From contig CANKOI010000002.1 in assembly GCA_947484175.1 (NCBI GenBank), forward strand, positions 22,222-86,221: a DNA stretch of 64,000 nt, read 5' to 3'. The translations under genes were made by a program, and so were the position numbers. The notes beneath the pieces were generated by a model. The model was not told the DNA's origin and ran no database searches. It saw only the letters and a list, made by a program, of their open reading frames with translations. Of the stretch, positions 1-9,620 are shown piece by piece. Source of the DNA: Deltaproteobacteria bacterium. GTDB taxonomy: Bacteria > Myxococcota_A > UBA796 > SXON01. The stretch's first letter is position 1. Every line of letters begins with the position of its first letter.

Positions 1-2
1 GC

Positions 3-104
3 CTCGCCGCAGGCGCGCCCCCTCAGGCCCCGGCCTTCCGCATCCCCGTGGCCGCCAACGCGCCCGTTCCGTTCATCGACACCGAAGCCGGCCGGCGCAG
101 CTGA
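3..104 (+). CDS. 3' end of an upstream CDS (truncated by the window edge), translationally coupled to the radical SAM gene
   Basis: Open frame LAAGAPPQAPAFRIPVAANAPVPFIDTEAGRRS ends in TGA 102-104, overlapping ATG 104 (TGATG). Confidence 0.5.
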   Translation, partial: LAAGAPPQAPAFRIPVAANAPVPFIDTEAGRRS

Positions 105-1189
105 TGGCGAACCTCGGCTACCTCCAGCTCACCCGCGAGTGCAAACAGGCCTGCCGGTTTTGCAGCAATCCGCCGAGCGGCGTGAGCCTCGCCGACGACG
201 AGATGCGCGGCTCGATCGACGACCTTGTGGCCCGCGGCTACGACGGCATCATCCTCACCGGAGGCGAGCCCACGATCGCGCCGCTGCTCCTGCCGGCGGT
301 GAAGTACGCCAACGACAAGGGCCTGTTCATTCGGATGATCACCAACGGCCAGCGCATCTCGGAGCTGCCGTTTTTGCAGGAGCTCGTGGAGAACGGTCTC
401 ACGCACGTGCACCTGAGCCTGCATTCCAGCCGCGAGGCGGTGCACGACTTCCTGACGCAGACACCCGGCAGCCACCACCACATCGACAGCGCGCTGGGGC
501 ACGTGGCCACCCTCGGGATCACCGCCGACATCAACACCGTCATCAACGCCTACAACAGCGACCACCTCGACGAGAGCGTGCGCTGGATCGTCGACCGCCA
601 CCCCCATGTGCGCCACTTTGTGTGGAACAACATGGACCCGAACATGAACCGGGCCGAGCGCAACCCCGACGTCATCCCGCGTCTCGGCGAGTTCGAGCTC
701 TCTCTCCGCCGCGCCATGCGGTTCCTCACCCAGACCGGTCGCACCTTCCGCGCCGAGCGGGTGCCGCTGTGTTTCATGCCGGAGTACGCGGAGAGCTCTA
801 CCGAAACCCGGAAAATCGTGAAGGAGGAGGAGCGCTGCATCCGCTTTCTGGATCGAAAGGGCTTCGTCCTCCAAAAACAGTTCCTCCACGGCAAGGCGCC
901 CGCATGCGACTCCTGCGCGCTGGATCCCGTGTGCGCCGGCCTCTACAGCATGGGCTACCACTACGATCCCGCCGAGCTCTTTCCGGTGGCGGGCAGCCCC
1001 GAGGCCATCATCCGCAAGGTGCTGCGGCGCGAGCCCGAGCCCGAGCTGGTGGCGCGGATTCTGACCCGTCGCGGCCAGCGCAGCGACGAACAGCCCGACG
1101 ACCACGGGCAGCGCGCACCGGGTGGCGGCACGGTTTCAAACCCCGAAATGCGCGAGAGCGCCCGCGTCGTCCACGGCCTGAGAGGTTGA
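104..1189 (+). CDS. Radical SAM protein with C-terminal Cys cluster (HxsC-like/SPASM-twitch-like)
   Basis: CKQACRFC (CxxxCxxC), LTGGEPT and ITNG motifs; C-terminal CDSCALDPVCAG. Confidence 0.9.
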   Translation: MANLGYLQLTRECKQACRFCSNPPSGVSLADDEMRGSIDDLVARGYDGIILTGGEPTIAPLLLPAVKYANDKGLFIRMITNGQRISELPFLQELVENGLTHVHLSLHSSREAVHDFLTQTPGSHHHIDSALGHVATLGITADINTVINAYNSDHLDESVRWIVDRHPHVRHFVWNNMDPNMNRAERNPDVIPRLGEFELSLRRAMRFLTQTGRTFRAERVPLCFMPEYAESSTETRKIVKEEERCIRFLDRKGFVLQKQFLHGKAPACDSCALDPVCAGLYSMGYHYDPAELFPVAGSPEAIIRKVLRREPEPELVARILTRRGQRSDEQPDDHGQRAPGGGTVSNPEMRESARVVHGLRG

Positions 1190-1191
1190 CC

Positions 1192-1416
1192 ATGCCCGAT
1201 CCGCGCAGCAGGAACCCGAACAACGCCCCCGGCCCTTGGTATGTCGACACCACCTGCGTGGCCTGCGACACCTGCACCGACATCTCTCCCGAGATTTTCG
1301 GCCGCGACGACGCCCGGCGAGCGTTCGTGCGCGAGCAGCGACCGGCCGAGGCCGAGCTGTTCCTCTTCGCGCTGGAGAGTTGCCCTGTCGAGGCGGTGGG
1401 TGACAACGGCGACTGA
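1192..1416 (+). CDS. Single-cluster ferredoxin
   Basis: MPDPRSRNPNNAPGPWYVDTTCVACDTC...ESCPVEAVG; CxxCxxC plus a distal CP; starts 2 nt after the radical SAM stop. Confidence 0.9.
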   Translation: MPDPRSRNPNNAPGPWYVDTTCVACDTCTDISPEIFGRDDARRAFVREQRPAEAELFLFALESCPVEAVGDNGD

Positions 1417-1468
1417 GAGCCTACGGGGCCAAGCGGCTTCCCGGCTCGGTCAAGACGAGCTTCTCTCC

Positions 1469-1497
1469 TTGTAGCGCACTGACTTCCACCGTATACT
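1469..1497 (+). promoter_or_regulatory. Putative sigma70-type promoter for the Ig-repeat lipoprotein
   Basis: TTGTAG (1469-1474), 17 bp spacer, TATACT (1492-1497). Confidence 0.55.
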
Positions 1498-1535
1498 GCC
1501 CCCCTCGGGGGTGTCTCATCCGACCCGTCCTCCTC

Positions 1536-4118
1536 ATGCCCGTTCGCCTCGCTCTCGCCGCCCTCGTCGTCCTTGCCGCGTGCTGGAACGAGGAAACGGT
1601 TTCGAAGTTCACGAAACCCCCCGTGGTGGCGATCGAAACGCCCACCGACGGCGCCACCCTCAACGAGGGCGTGCCGGTAACGCTCCGCGGGCGAGTGGTG
1701 GATGAGATCTACGAGACCTCGCTGACCTCCATCAGCGCCACGTGGGCCGTGAACGGCGGAACGGTTTGCGAAGGCGCGGTCTTCGACATGAACGGCATCT
1801 CGGATTGCTCGACGGTCTTCACGCAGGGCGATGCGGCCATCACGCTCACGGCGATCAACCCCGACGGCGAGATGGCCGTGGCCACCGTGCACATCACGGT
1901 CAACAAGAACGAGGCGCCCACCGCCGAGATCGTCACCCCGATCTTCGGGGGCGAGTACTTCTCCAACCAGCTCACCCTCTTCGAAGGGCTCGTGAGCGAT
2001 GGCGAAGATCTGCCGGAGCAGCTGACCGTGGCGTGGGAGTCCTCTCTCGACGGCGCGCTGGCGTTTTCGTCGAACCCCTCGGGTGATGGCAAAACCACGG
2101 GCACCGCCACCCTGAGCGAAGGCGAACACCAGCTCACGCTCACCGTCACCGACACCACCGGGCGCACGGGCTCCGACACCACGACGGTGCAGGTCGAGAT
2201 CGGTTCGCGCCCCACGATCGACCTCGTCAGCCCCGTCTCCGGCGACCGCGCGAACATCGGCGACACCGTGTACTTCGAGGCCACGGTCAGCGATGCGGAA
2301 GATGCGCCCGACTACCTCACGCTCACGTGGGAGAGTGACATCGACGGCCTCTTCTCCACGCGCGGAGCCGGCAGCGACGGCACGGCCGACTTCACCTACG
2401 ACGCGCTCAGCCACGGCGTGCACACGATCACCGTCACGGCTACCGACACGGATGGCATCACCGCGCGTGACTACGCCACGCTCTACATCAACGAAGCGCC
2501 CGAAGCCCCCGTCGTCACCATCACCCCCGACCCCGCCGGCTCAGGCGACCCGCTCACCGTGAACATCGTGACGGAGAGCTACGACGCCGACGGCGACGCG
2601 ATCACCTACACCTATTTCTGGTACCTCAACGGGGTCGACTCCGGCCGCACCAGCAACCCGCTGCCCGCCAGCGCCACCGCCCGTGGCGACATCTGGACCG
2701 TCTACGTCGTGCCCAACGACGGCGCGGCAGACGGCCCCGCCGGCACCGACAGCGCCACCATCGGCAACGGCCCCCCGTCGCTGACCAGCGCCAGAATCAC
2801 TCCGGCCACGGCGTACACCAACGACACCCTCACCGCAAACGCCAACGGCTACGCCGACCCGGATGGCGACGCCGAGAGCGAAGCCTACCAGTGGACCCTC
2901 AACGGCGCGGCGATTGCCGGCGCCACCGACCCCACGTTGGCCGGCACGTACTTTGTGAGGGGAGACGACGTCACGGTGGAAGTGCGCCCCTACGACGGCT
3001 TCGACTACGGCACCGCCGTCACCTCCGGCACCCGCACGATTCAGAACAGCATCCCCACCGACCCCGCAGTGGACGTGACGCCGAACTACCCGGAAGACGA
3101 CGCCGACCTCCTGTGCACGGTCGCCACGGCCAGCACCGACGACGACGGCGACGCGATCACCTACACCTACGCGTGGACCGTCAGCGGGGTGGCCTCCGCC
3201 ATCACCACATCGTCGGTACCCGCATCGTACACCACCGATGGCGAGACCTGGGCCTGCTTCGTGACCGCCTCGGATGGCACCGCGACCAGCTCCGCCGGCA
3301 CGGACTCCGTGCTCGTGGGCGACTACACCGCGCCCGACGCGCCGATCCTGAACTCGCTGGACCTCTACCGCAACGAAACGAGCGCCACCGTGAGCGGCTC
3401 CACGGAGGCCTTCGCCGACGTGACGCTCTACATCTCGAGCAGCAGCGGCATTACGACCGACGCAGGCACGGCCAATGGCGCCGGCACCTTCACCTTCAGC
3501 GAGTCCCTCACGGCCGGCCTCACTTACTCGTTCTACGCCACGGCCACCGACTCCTCGGGCAACACCTCCGCCGTCTCCAACGTCGTAGGCACTGAGGTGT
3601 GCGACCCGCCCGACGACTACGAGGACACCACCAGCTACGGCGACAGTTGCGCCGACCCGGTGGTGGACTGGAGCGCCATCGACGCCGACGGCACCACCAC
3701 CATCGAGTTCAACGGCAACCTGCTCGATGCCAGCGACGACGACTGGTACTACATCGCCTCCGCCGACACCATCACCGGCACCACCAACAACTACCGGTTC
3801 CATGTGGAGCTCACCGCTGGCAGCAGCGAGTACGCCTTCGTGGTGTACGACGGCGGCTGCACGACGGCCGATCTCGAGTGCGGCTCAGGCTCGAGCACCG
3901 ACCCGGAGGGCAGCGGCTACACCGAGTACGAGGTCTACGCAGAAGATGTGGGCGACGGTTCTCACGCCATCCCCACCGATACCCGCACCTGCGCTTCCGC
4001 CAGCACCTACAACGAGTGCGACGACCTCAGCGCCGACCACTACATCCACGTCTTCCGGACCACCACCGCCTATTCCTGTCAGGAATACAGCCTGAAGATC
4101 ACCAACGGCGTCTGGTAG
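1536..4118 (+). CDS. Large surface lipoprotein with tandem Ig-like (PKD/Big) repeats and a Cys-rich C-terminus
   Basis: Lipobox LVVLAAC; repeated WESxxDG...GxHxxTxTxTD and DxDGDAITYTYxW units; Thr/Asp-rich. Confidence 0.85.
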   Translation: MPVRLALAALVVLAACWNEETVSKFTKPPVVAIETPTDGATLNEGVPVTLRGRVVDEIYETSLTSISATWAVNGGTVCEGAVFDMNGISDCSTVFTQGDAAITLTAINPDGEMAVATVHITVNKNEAPTAEIVTPIFGGEYFSNQLTLFEGLVSDGEDLPEQLTVAWESSLDGALAFSSNPSGDGKTTGTATLSEGEHQLTLTVTDTTGRTGSDTTTVQVEIGSRPTIDLVSPVSGDRANIGDTVYFEATVSDAEDAPDYLTLTWESDIDGLFSTRGAGSDGTADFTYDALSHGVHTITVTATDTDGITARDYATLYINEAPEAPVVTITPDPAGSGDPLTVNIVTESYDADGDAITYTYFWYLNGVDSGRTSNPLPASATARGDIWTVYVVPNDGAADGPAGTDSATIGNGPPSLTSARITPATAYTNDTLTANANGYADPDGDAESEAYQWTLNGAAIAGATDPTLAGTYFVRGDDVTVEVRPYDGFDYGTAVTSGTRTIQNSIPTDPAVDVTPNYPEDDADLLCTVATASTDDDGDAITYTYAWTVSGVASAITTSSVPASYTTDGETWACFVTASDGTATSSAGTDSVLVGDYTAPDAPILNSLDLYRNETSATVSGSTEAFADVTLYISSSSGITTDAGTANGAGTFTFSESLTAGLTYSFYATATDSSGNTSAVSNVVGTEVCDPPDDYEDTTSYGDSCADPVVDWSAIDADGTTTIEFNGNLLDASDDDWYYIASADTITGTTNNYRFHVELTAGSSEYAFVVYDGGCTTADLECGSGSSTDPEGSGYTEYEVYAEDVGDGSHAIPTDTRTCASASTYNECDDLSADHYIHVFRTTTAYSCQEYSLKITNGVW

Positions 4119-4130
4119 CGGGGAGGCCGA

Positions 4131-5129
4131 TCACGGCGTAAGCAGCACCTTGCCGATGTTCTCGCGGCGATGGATGAGCGCGTGCGCCTCGGAGGCTTGC
4201 GCGAAGGGGAAAGTGGCGTGAACGTGCGGGCGAAGGTGGCCCGCCTCCCACATCGCCACGAGCTCGGCCGTCCAAGCGAGCACCCGATCGGCCTCGTTCC
4301 AAAGGTGGCCCATGTTGACGCCGAGCACGCCCTTGTTGGCGTTGATGAGGGCGACGGGGTTGCTCGCCAGCCAAGGAATGCCCATCGCGGCCTTCAGCTG
4401 GGTCCACTTCGACGGGGAGCTGCCGGTGGAGCCGGAGCTCAGGCCGAAGGCGACGAGGCGGCCGCCCGCCCGAAGGCCGGCGAGCCCCTTCGCCCAGCTC
4501 GGGCCGCCGATGGGGTCGAGCACGAGGTCCATTTTCTCGGTGGGCCATTCGTCCACGTGAGAGTCGAGGAGGTGGTGCACCCCGCGCTCGGCGAGGACGG
4601 CGTGTTTGCCTTTGCCGGCTGAGCCCCAGATCTCCGCGCCCGCCGCCCGACAGAGGTCGATGCTTGCCAGACCCACGCCGCCGGCCGCGCTGTGGATGAA
4701 CACGCGGTCGCCGGCCGCCACCCGCCCCATCACGCGCAGCATCATCCACGCGGTGAGGTAGTTCACGGGGAGCGCCGCCCCAATCGCCGCACTCATCCCG
4801 GCCGGGCGCCGAAACGCCGACTCCTGAGGCGCGCAGACGATCGAGCTGTACCCGCCGAAGCGGGTCATCACGAACACCTCTTCGCCCACCCGCTCGGCGG
4901 GCACTCCCTCGCCCACTGCGTCGATGCGACCGGCCACCTCGTAGCCGGGCACAAAGGGGAAGGGCGGGGCGTCGGGGTAGTTGCCCAAGCGTGCCGCGAT
5001 GTCGGCGAAGTTGATGCCCGCGGCTTCGACCGCCACCCGCACTTCCCCGGCGGCGGGCACCGGGTCGGGGGCTTCACGAACGTCGAGCACCTCGGGCGCA
5101 CCCGCACGGGGAATCCAGACCTGTTTCAT
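4131..5129 (-). CDS. Medium-chain dehydrogenase/reductase, VAT-1/quinone oxidoreductase-like
   Basis: GINFAD, PGYEVAG, HSAAGGVG, NIGKVLL motifs. Confidence 0.9.
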   Translation of the reverse strand: MKQVWIPRAGAPEVLDVREAPDPVPAAGEVRVAVEAAGINFADIAARLGNYPDAPPFPFVPGYEVAGRIDAVGEGVPAERVGEEVFVMTRFGGYSSIVCAPQESAFRRPAGMSAAIGAALPVNYLTAWMMLRVMGRVAAGDRVFIHSAAGGVGLASIDLCRAAGAEIWGSAGKGKHAVLAERGVHHLLDSHVDEWPTEKMDLVLDPIGGPSWAKGLAGLRAGGRLVAFGLSSGSTGSSPSKWTQLKAAMGIPWLASNPVALINANKGVLGVNMGHLWNEADRVLAWTAELVAMWEAGHLRPHVHATFPFAQASEAHALIHRRENIGKVLLTP

Positions 5130-7414
5130 CGCCGTGGCTTATCCCGAACCGGCTTGGGTTCGACGACCGCATTCCGAGGGTCCTCCGGCCAGGCGTGACG
5201 CGGGTAGCGGCGCATCAACTCCTTACGCAGCGACGGATAGTGCCGCTCCCAGAAGCCAGCGAGATCGGTCGTCACCTGCACCGGGCGGTAGTTCGGCGCG
5301 AGGAGGCGCAGCACGAGCGGGGTGCCGCCCGCGATGCGGGGGCCGTCGGCGAGCCCGAAGAAGTCCTGCATCCGCGACTCCACCCAGGGATCGTCGGTGT
5401 CGTAGCCGACCGTGGCGCGCAGCCGGCCGGGGAGGCGCACCGTCTCCGGGGCGAGGCGGTCTACCACGGTGGGGTCGGGGAGCTGGGCGACGAGGGTGCC
5501 GACGAGCGAGGTGGATGCGAGGTCGCCGAGGGAACGGCACCCCTCCGCGAGCACCGGCAGCAGGGCTTCGAGGTCGAGGTCGGGAACGGGCTGCCCGCGG
5601 CGGCGGAGAAAGCGCACCCGCCCGAGGAGCGTGAGACCCCGCTCCCAATCGGGAACGTGCCGATGCATCACGGGGCGCGCGTGTTCGAGGAGAAGGCGGG
5701 ACACCGCGTCTGCGTCCCCGCGGCCGGGCGCACTGTCGAGAACGAGGTCGCCGAACTGCAGGGTTTCTCGAACATCGACGCGGTCGCCTGTCCACACCAT
5801 TGCGACCTGCACCTCCGCGCGCTCCAGCAACCAACCCTCGTCGACCGGCGTCATCGACCGCGCGCGCACCCGCGTGCCGATGCGCTCGACCTCCGTGACC
5901 ACGACGAAGCCATCGCGGGCGGCCTCGCACTCGGCGGCGCCACCATCAGCGAGGCGAACACGCCCCCCCTCACGGCGCGCCACGCGGTCGGGAAAACCGG
6001 CGAGCAGCGCTTGACGAAGCGCCGCCTCGGCATCGCTCGCCGGGGAGCCACGGCTCTCCACCATCGCCACTAGGCGTCGTCGCTCCTGACCGTCGCCTTC
6101 GCCGTCGAGGGCGCGCTCCACGAGGTCGCCCGCGCACCGGCGGCCGAAGAGGGTCACGAGGGAGGCGGCCTCCCGCGCGGCGCCGAGGGCGGCCCCCTCC
6201 AAGAGCACGCGGGCCAACCGCGGCGCCAGCGGCAGGCGCACCATCTCGTCACCGAGCGGCGTGCGGCGGCCGTCGGCGATCGCGCCGAGCCGCTCCAGCA
6301 GCGTGACGCTCGCACGCCAAGCGGCTGGCGGGGGCGCCTCGAACCACTCCAACTCGCGCCCGCCGAGCGCGAGGACGGTGGCCGCGAGGTCGATGCGGCG
6401 CACCTCGGGGGCCGTCTGGGCGGGCCGCGAGTCGTGGTCGCCAAGGCTGTAGAGGCGCAGGCAGCTCCCGGGCCCGAGGCGGCCCGCCCGCCCCGCCCGC
6501 TGCGCCGCGGCGTCCCGAGCGATCGGCACGAGGTCGAGGGTGGGCAGGCCCGACCAGGGGTCCCACGCGGCCTGACGCACGAGCCCGGTGTCGATGACGG
6601 TGTCGATGCCCTCGACGGTCACGCTCGTCTGGGCCACGTTGGTGGCCAACACCACTCGCCGGACGGTTCCACCCGGCGAGGCTCGCAGAGCGCGGTCCTG
6701 CGCGGCTCCGTCGAGCTCGCCGTGGAGCATGGCCACATCGAAGTCACCCAGCAGCGCAGCGGCCCGCTCGATCTCGCCCACGCCGGGAAGGAACACCAGC
6801 ACGTTGCCACTCACGGCCCGCACCGCCGCCGACACGCGCACCTCGATCGGGCGATCGTCCTTGCGGTCGAAGTGACGAAGCTCGACCGGGAAGCGCCTGC
6901 CCTCCGCCCGCACACGGGGGCAGCCAAGGAACCGCGCCACGCTCTCGGCATCGAGGGTCGCGCTCATCACCACCAGCTTCAGCGCCGGCCGCGTGCGACG
7001 CACCTGCCGCACCCACGCCAGGGCCACGTCCGTGTGGATGCTGCGCTCGTGGAACTCGTCGAGGACAACTGCACCCAGCGTGTCAAAGTCGTCGAGGCGA
7101 CGAGTGAGGAGCGCCTCGGTGACGTACAGCACCCGCGTGGCGGCGCCCGCCTTCCGGTCGAGCCGCATCGCGTAGCCGACCGTTTGGCCGACCGGCTCCC
7201 CCAGCTCCTCCGCCACGCGCTGTGCGGCCGCACGCGCCGCAACCCTGCGGGGCTCCAGCACCCACACCGGTCCCTCCACCAACTCCGCCACGAGCAGCGG
7301 AACGCGCGTGGTCTTTCCGGAGCCGGGGGGCGCTTCGAGCACGACGGCACCGTGCTCTTCGAGGGCCTGCCGCAGCTCGGGCAGCACGGCGTCGATCGGC
7401 AGCGGAGTTCGCAC
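5126..7414 (-). CDS. hrpB: ATP-dependent RNA helicase HrpB
   Basis: APPGSGKTT, DEFHER, MSAT, QRAGRAGR; HrpB C-terminus LLAPNYRPVQVTTDLAGFW...YPRHAWPEDP. Confidence 0.95.
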   Translation of the reverse strand: MRTPLPIDAVLPELRQALEEHGAVVLEAPPGSGKTTRVPLLVAELVEGPVWVLEPRRVAARAAAQRVAEELGEPVGQTVGYAMRLDRKAGAATRVLYVTEALLTRRLDDFDTLGAVVLDEFHERSIHTDVALAWVRQVRRTRPALKLVVMSATLDAESVARFLGCPRVRAEGRRFPVELRHFDRKDDRPIEVRVSAAVRAVSGNVLVFLPGVGEIERAAALLGDFDVAMLHGELDGAAQDRALRASPGGTVRRVVLATNVAQTSVTVEGIDTVIDTGLVRQAAWDPWSGLPTLDLVPIARDAAAQRAGRAGRLGPGSCLRLYSLGDHDSRPAQTAPEVRRIDLAATVLALGGRELEWFEAPPPAAWRASVTLLERLGAIADGRRTPLGDEMVRLPLAPRLARVLLEGAALGAAREAASLVTLFGRRCAGDLVERALDGEGDGQERRRLVAMVESRGSPASDAEAALRQALLAGFPDRVARREGGRVRLADGGAAECEAARDGFVVVTEVERIGTRVRARSMTPVDEGWLLERAEVQVAMVWTGDRVDVRETLQFGDLVLDSAPGRGDADAVSRLLLEHARPVMHRHVPDWERGLTLLGRVRFLRRRGQPVPDLDLEALLPVLAEGCRSLGDLASTSLVGTLVAQLPDPTVVDRLAPETVRLPGRLRATVGYDTDDPWVESRMQDFFGLADGPRIAGGTPLVLRLLAPNYRPVQVTTDLAGFWERHYPSLRKELMRRYPRHAWPEDPRNAVVEPKPVRDKPRR

Positions 7415-7442
7415 CGGCTGCGCTTACCCCACCCGCCCGACC

Positions 7443-9572
7443 TCAGCCCTCCGCGACCCCCGCGAAGGGCTGCATGCCGGCCGTCGGCGGGAGGAAGCCC
7501 CGAGCGATCATGCCGTCGAGCGCGGGGCCATCGATGGGCCTCGAAAAGAGGAAGCCCTGCCCGAAACTGCACCGGAGCCCCGCCAGGTGCTCCAGCTGCG
7601 CGGCGCTCTCTACGCCCTCCGCCACCACTTCGAGGTTCAGCGCGCCAGCAAGCGAGAGGATCGCGCGCACGATCGCTTCGTCTCCCGGCCGACCAGGAAT
7701 TCCCTGGGTGAACGAACGATCGATCTTGAGGCTGTCGATCGGGAATCGTTGCAGGTAGCTCAGCGAGCTGTACCCAATGCCGAAGTCGTCGAGGTGCACT
7801 CGCACGCCCAGCGCACGCACCTGAGTGAGCACCTCCGTCGCCTTTTCGGGGTTCTCCATCAGCGCCGTCTCGGTGAGCTCGAGCACCAGCCGTTCCGCGG
7901 CCAGGCCGGTCTTCGCCAGCACCCGCTGCACGAGGGCGAAGAGGTCGCCGTGCGCAAACTGTCGAGAGGACACGTTCACGCTGATCGCCAGCCGCCTGGT
8001 CTCGGGCCGCGCAACCGCCAAGGAGGCCATGCGCGCGCACGCCTCCTCCATCACCCACGCCCCCAGCGGCTCGATCAGGCCGGTCTCCTCCGCCACGGGG
8101 ATGAACTCCGAGGGTTCCACCACCCGCCCTTCCGGCGTGGTCCACCGCGCCAGCGCCTCAAAGCCCACGAGCTCCGCGCTGGGGATGCGCACGATGGGCT
8201 GGTACTGGAGGGTGAGACCGCCCGTGGCGATGGCGAGGCGCAGCCCCGTCTCCACTTCGAGGCGGCCGGCAACGGCGGTGAAATGCGCCTCGGAGTACAC
8301 TTCCGTGCCTCCGCGGCCCGCGCGCTTCGACCGATACATGGCGATGTCGGCGTTGCGCAGAAGCTCTTCGGCCGCGCCCGCGCCCCCCGAACAGGTCACA
8401 ACCCCGATGCTCACCGTCGCGAACACCTGATTCTCGTCGAGGGTGAACGGCGCTGCGAGGGTGCGGTGGATGCGCGCGGCCAGCTCCTCTGCAGCGCGCC
8501 TGCCTTCGATCGGCTCGGCGAGGATGGCGAACTCGTCGCCTCCCAGCCGCGCCACGAGGTCGCTGGGGCGCGCGCTTGCCCAGAGGCGCTGGGCAACTGC
8601 CAGCAGCAACCGGTCGCCGACCTGATGGCCGAGGCTGTCGTTCACCACCTTGAACCGGTCCAGATCGAGGAAGAGCAGCGCGAAGTTTGCCTCCGGCGAA
8701 GCCTCGGCGAGATCGGCAGCCTTCTGGAGCCGCGCGAGGAACGCCGGTCGGTTGGCGAGCCCCGTGAGGTCGTCGGTCGTGGCGCGCTGGAGTAGCTGGG
8801 CCTCGAAGGCCCGGCGTTCGTTCACATCGCTCTGCGAACCTGCGATGCGCGTGACCCGACCCGAGTTGTCCCGGACCGACAGGCCTCGCGAGCGCACCCA
8901 GGTCCAGCCTTCGGTGCGGTGCGTGATGCGGTGCTCCACTTCGAAATGCGCGGTTCGGCCCACGAGGTGCATCTGCAACGCCTGCCACACGGCATCGCGC
9001 TCCTCGGGGTGCACCAGCAGCAGCCAATCCTCCACGTCGGAGCCAAACTCCGAGGGCGCCAGGCCCAGCATGCTGCACCAGCGCTCCGACACCACGAAGC
9101 GCCCGGAACGAACGTCCCAGTCCCAGATGCCGTCGCGCGCTCCGGCCAGCGCGAGCTGGTACCGCTCCCGGCTGTCCCGCAACTCGCGCTCTCCACCTGC
9201 TCGCTCCATCGCGTACCGCAGCGCCCGGCGCACCAGCTCCGCCGTAAAGCTTCGTTTCACGAGGTAGTCCTGCGCGCCGCGGGCCACGGCCTCGATCGCG
9301 ATGGCGTCGTCTTGCAGACCGCTCTGGACCACGAGGGGAAGGTCCGGCGCGAGCGCTTGAACGGCGAGGAAGGTGGCGAGGTCGCGGCTGTCCTCCACGC
9401 AGAGGTCGATGAGGCCGATGTCGTAGGCGTTCTCGGCGAGGAGGCGCCGCACACCGGCCACCGAGGTGGCATGGTCGATGCGAAAGTGCGGGCTCAGCCA
9501 GGCGACCAGCTGCTCCGCCTCCGCCGAAGAGTCTTCGAGGAGCAGCAACCGCAGCGGAGAGACAGGAGACAA
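7443..9572 (-). CDS. REC-PAS-GGDEF-EAL c-di-GMP signalling protein
   Basis: Receiver domain (LLLEDS, GAQDYLVK); PAS (DGIWDWD); RPSD I-site with GGDEF; EAL, DDFGIGYSS, KIDRSF, AEGVE all intact. Start codon approximate. Confidence 0.93.
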   Translation of the reverse strand: MSPVSPLRLLLLEDSSAEAEQLVAWLSPHFRIDHATSVAGVRRLLAENAYDIGLIDLCVEDSRDLATFLAVQALAPDLPLVVQSGLQDDAIAIEAVARGAQDYLVKRSFTAELVRRALRYAMERAGGERELRDSRERYQLALAGARDGIWDWDVRSGRFVVSERWCSMLGLAPSEFGSDVEDWLLLVHPEERDAVWQALQMHLVGRTAHFEVEHRITHRTEGWTWVRSRGLSVRDNSGRVTRIAGSQSDVNERRAFEAQLLQRATTDDLTGLANRPAFLARLQKAADLAEASPEANFALLFLDLDRFKVVNDSLGHQVGDRLLLAVAQRLWASARPSDLVARLGGDEFAILAEPIEGRRAAEELAARIHRTLAAPFTLDENQVFATVSIGVVTCSGGAGAAEELLRNADIAMYRSKRAGRGGTEVYSEAHFTAVAGRLEVETGLRLAIATGGLTLQYQPIVRIPSAELVGFEALARWTTPEGRVVEPSEFIPVAEETGLIEPLGAWVMEEACARMASLAVARPETRRLAISVNVSSRQFAHGDLFALVQRVLAKTGLAAERLVLELTETALMENPEKATEVLTQVRALGVRVHLDDFGIGYSSLSYLQRFPIDSLKIDRSFTQGIPGRPGDEAIVRAILSLAGALNLEVVAEGVESAAQLEHLAGLRCSFGQGFLFSRPIDGPALDGMIARGFLPPTAGMQPFAGVAEG

Positions 9573-9620
9573 ACAACGCCCCGAGGGAGGGAACGATTGT
9601 CGCGGGAAACTATTGGCATG

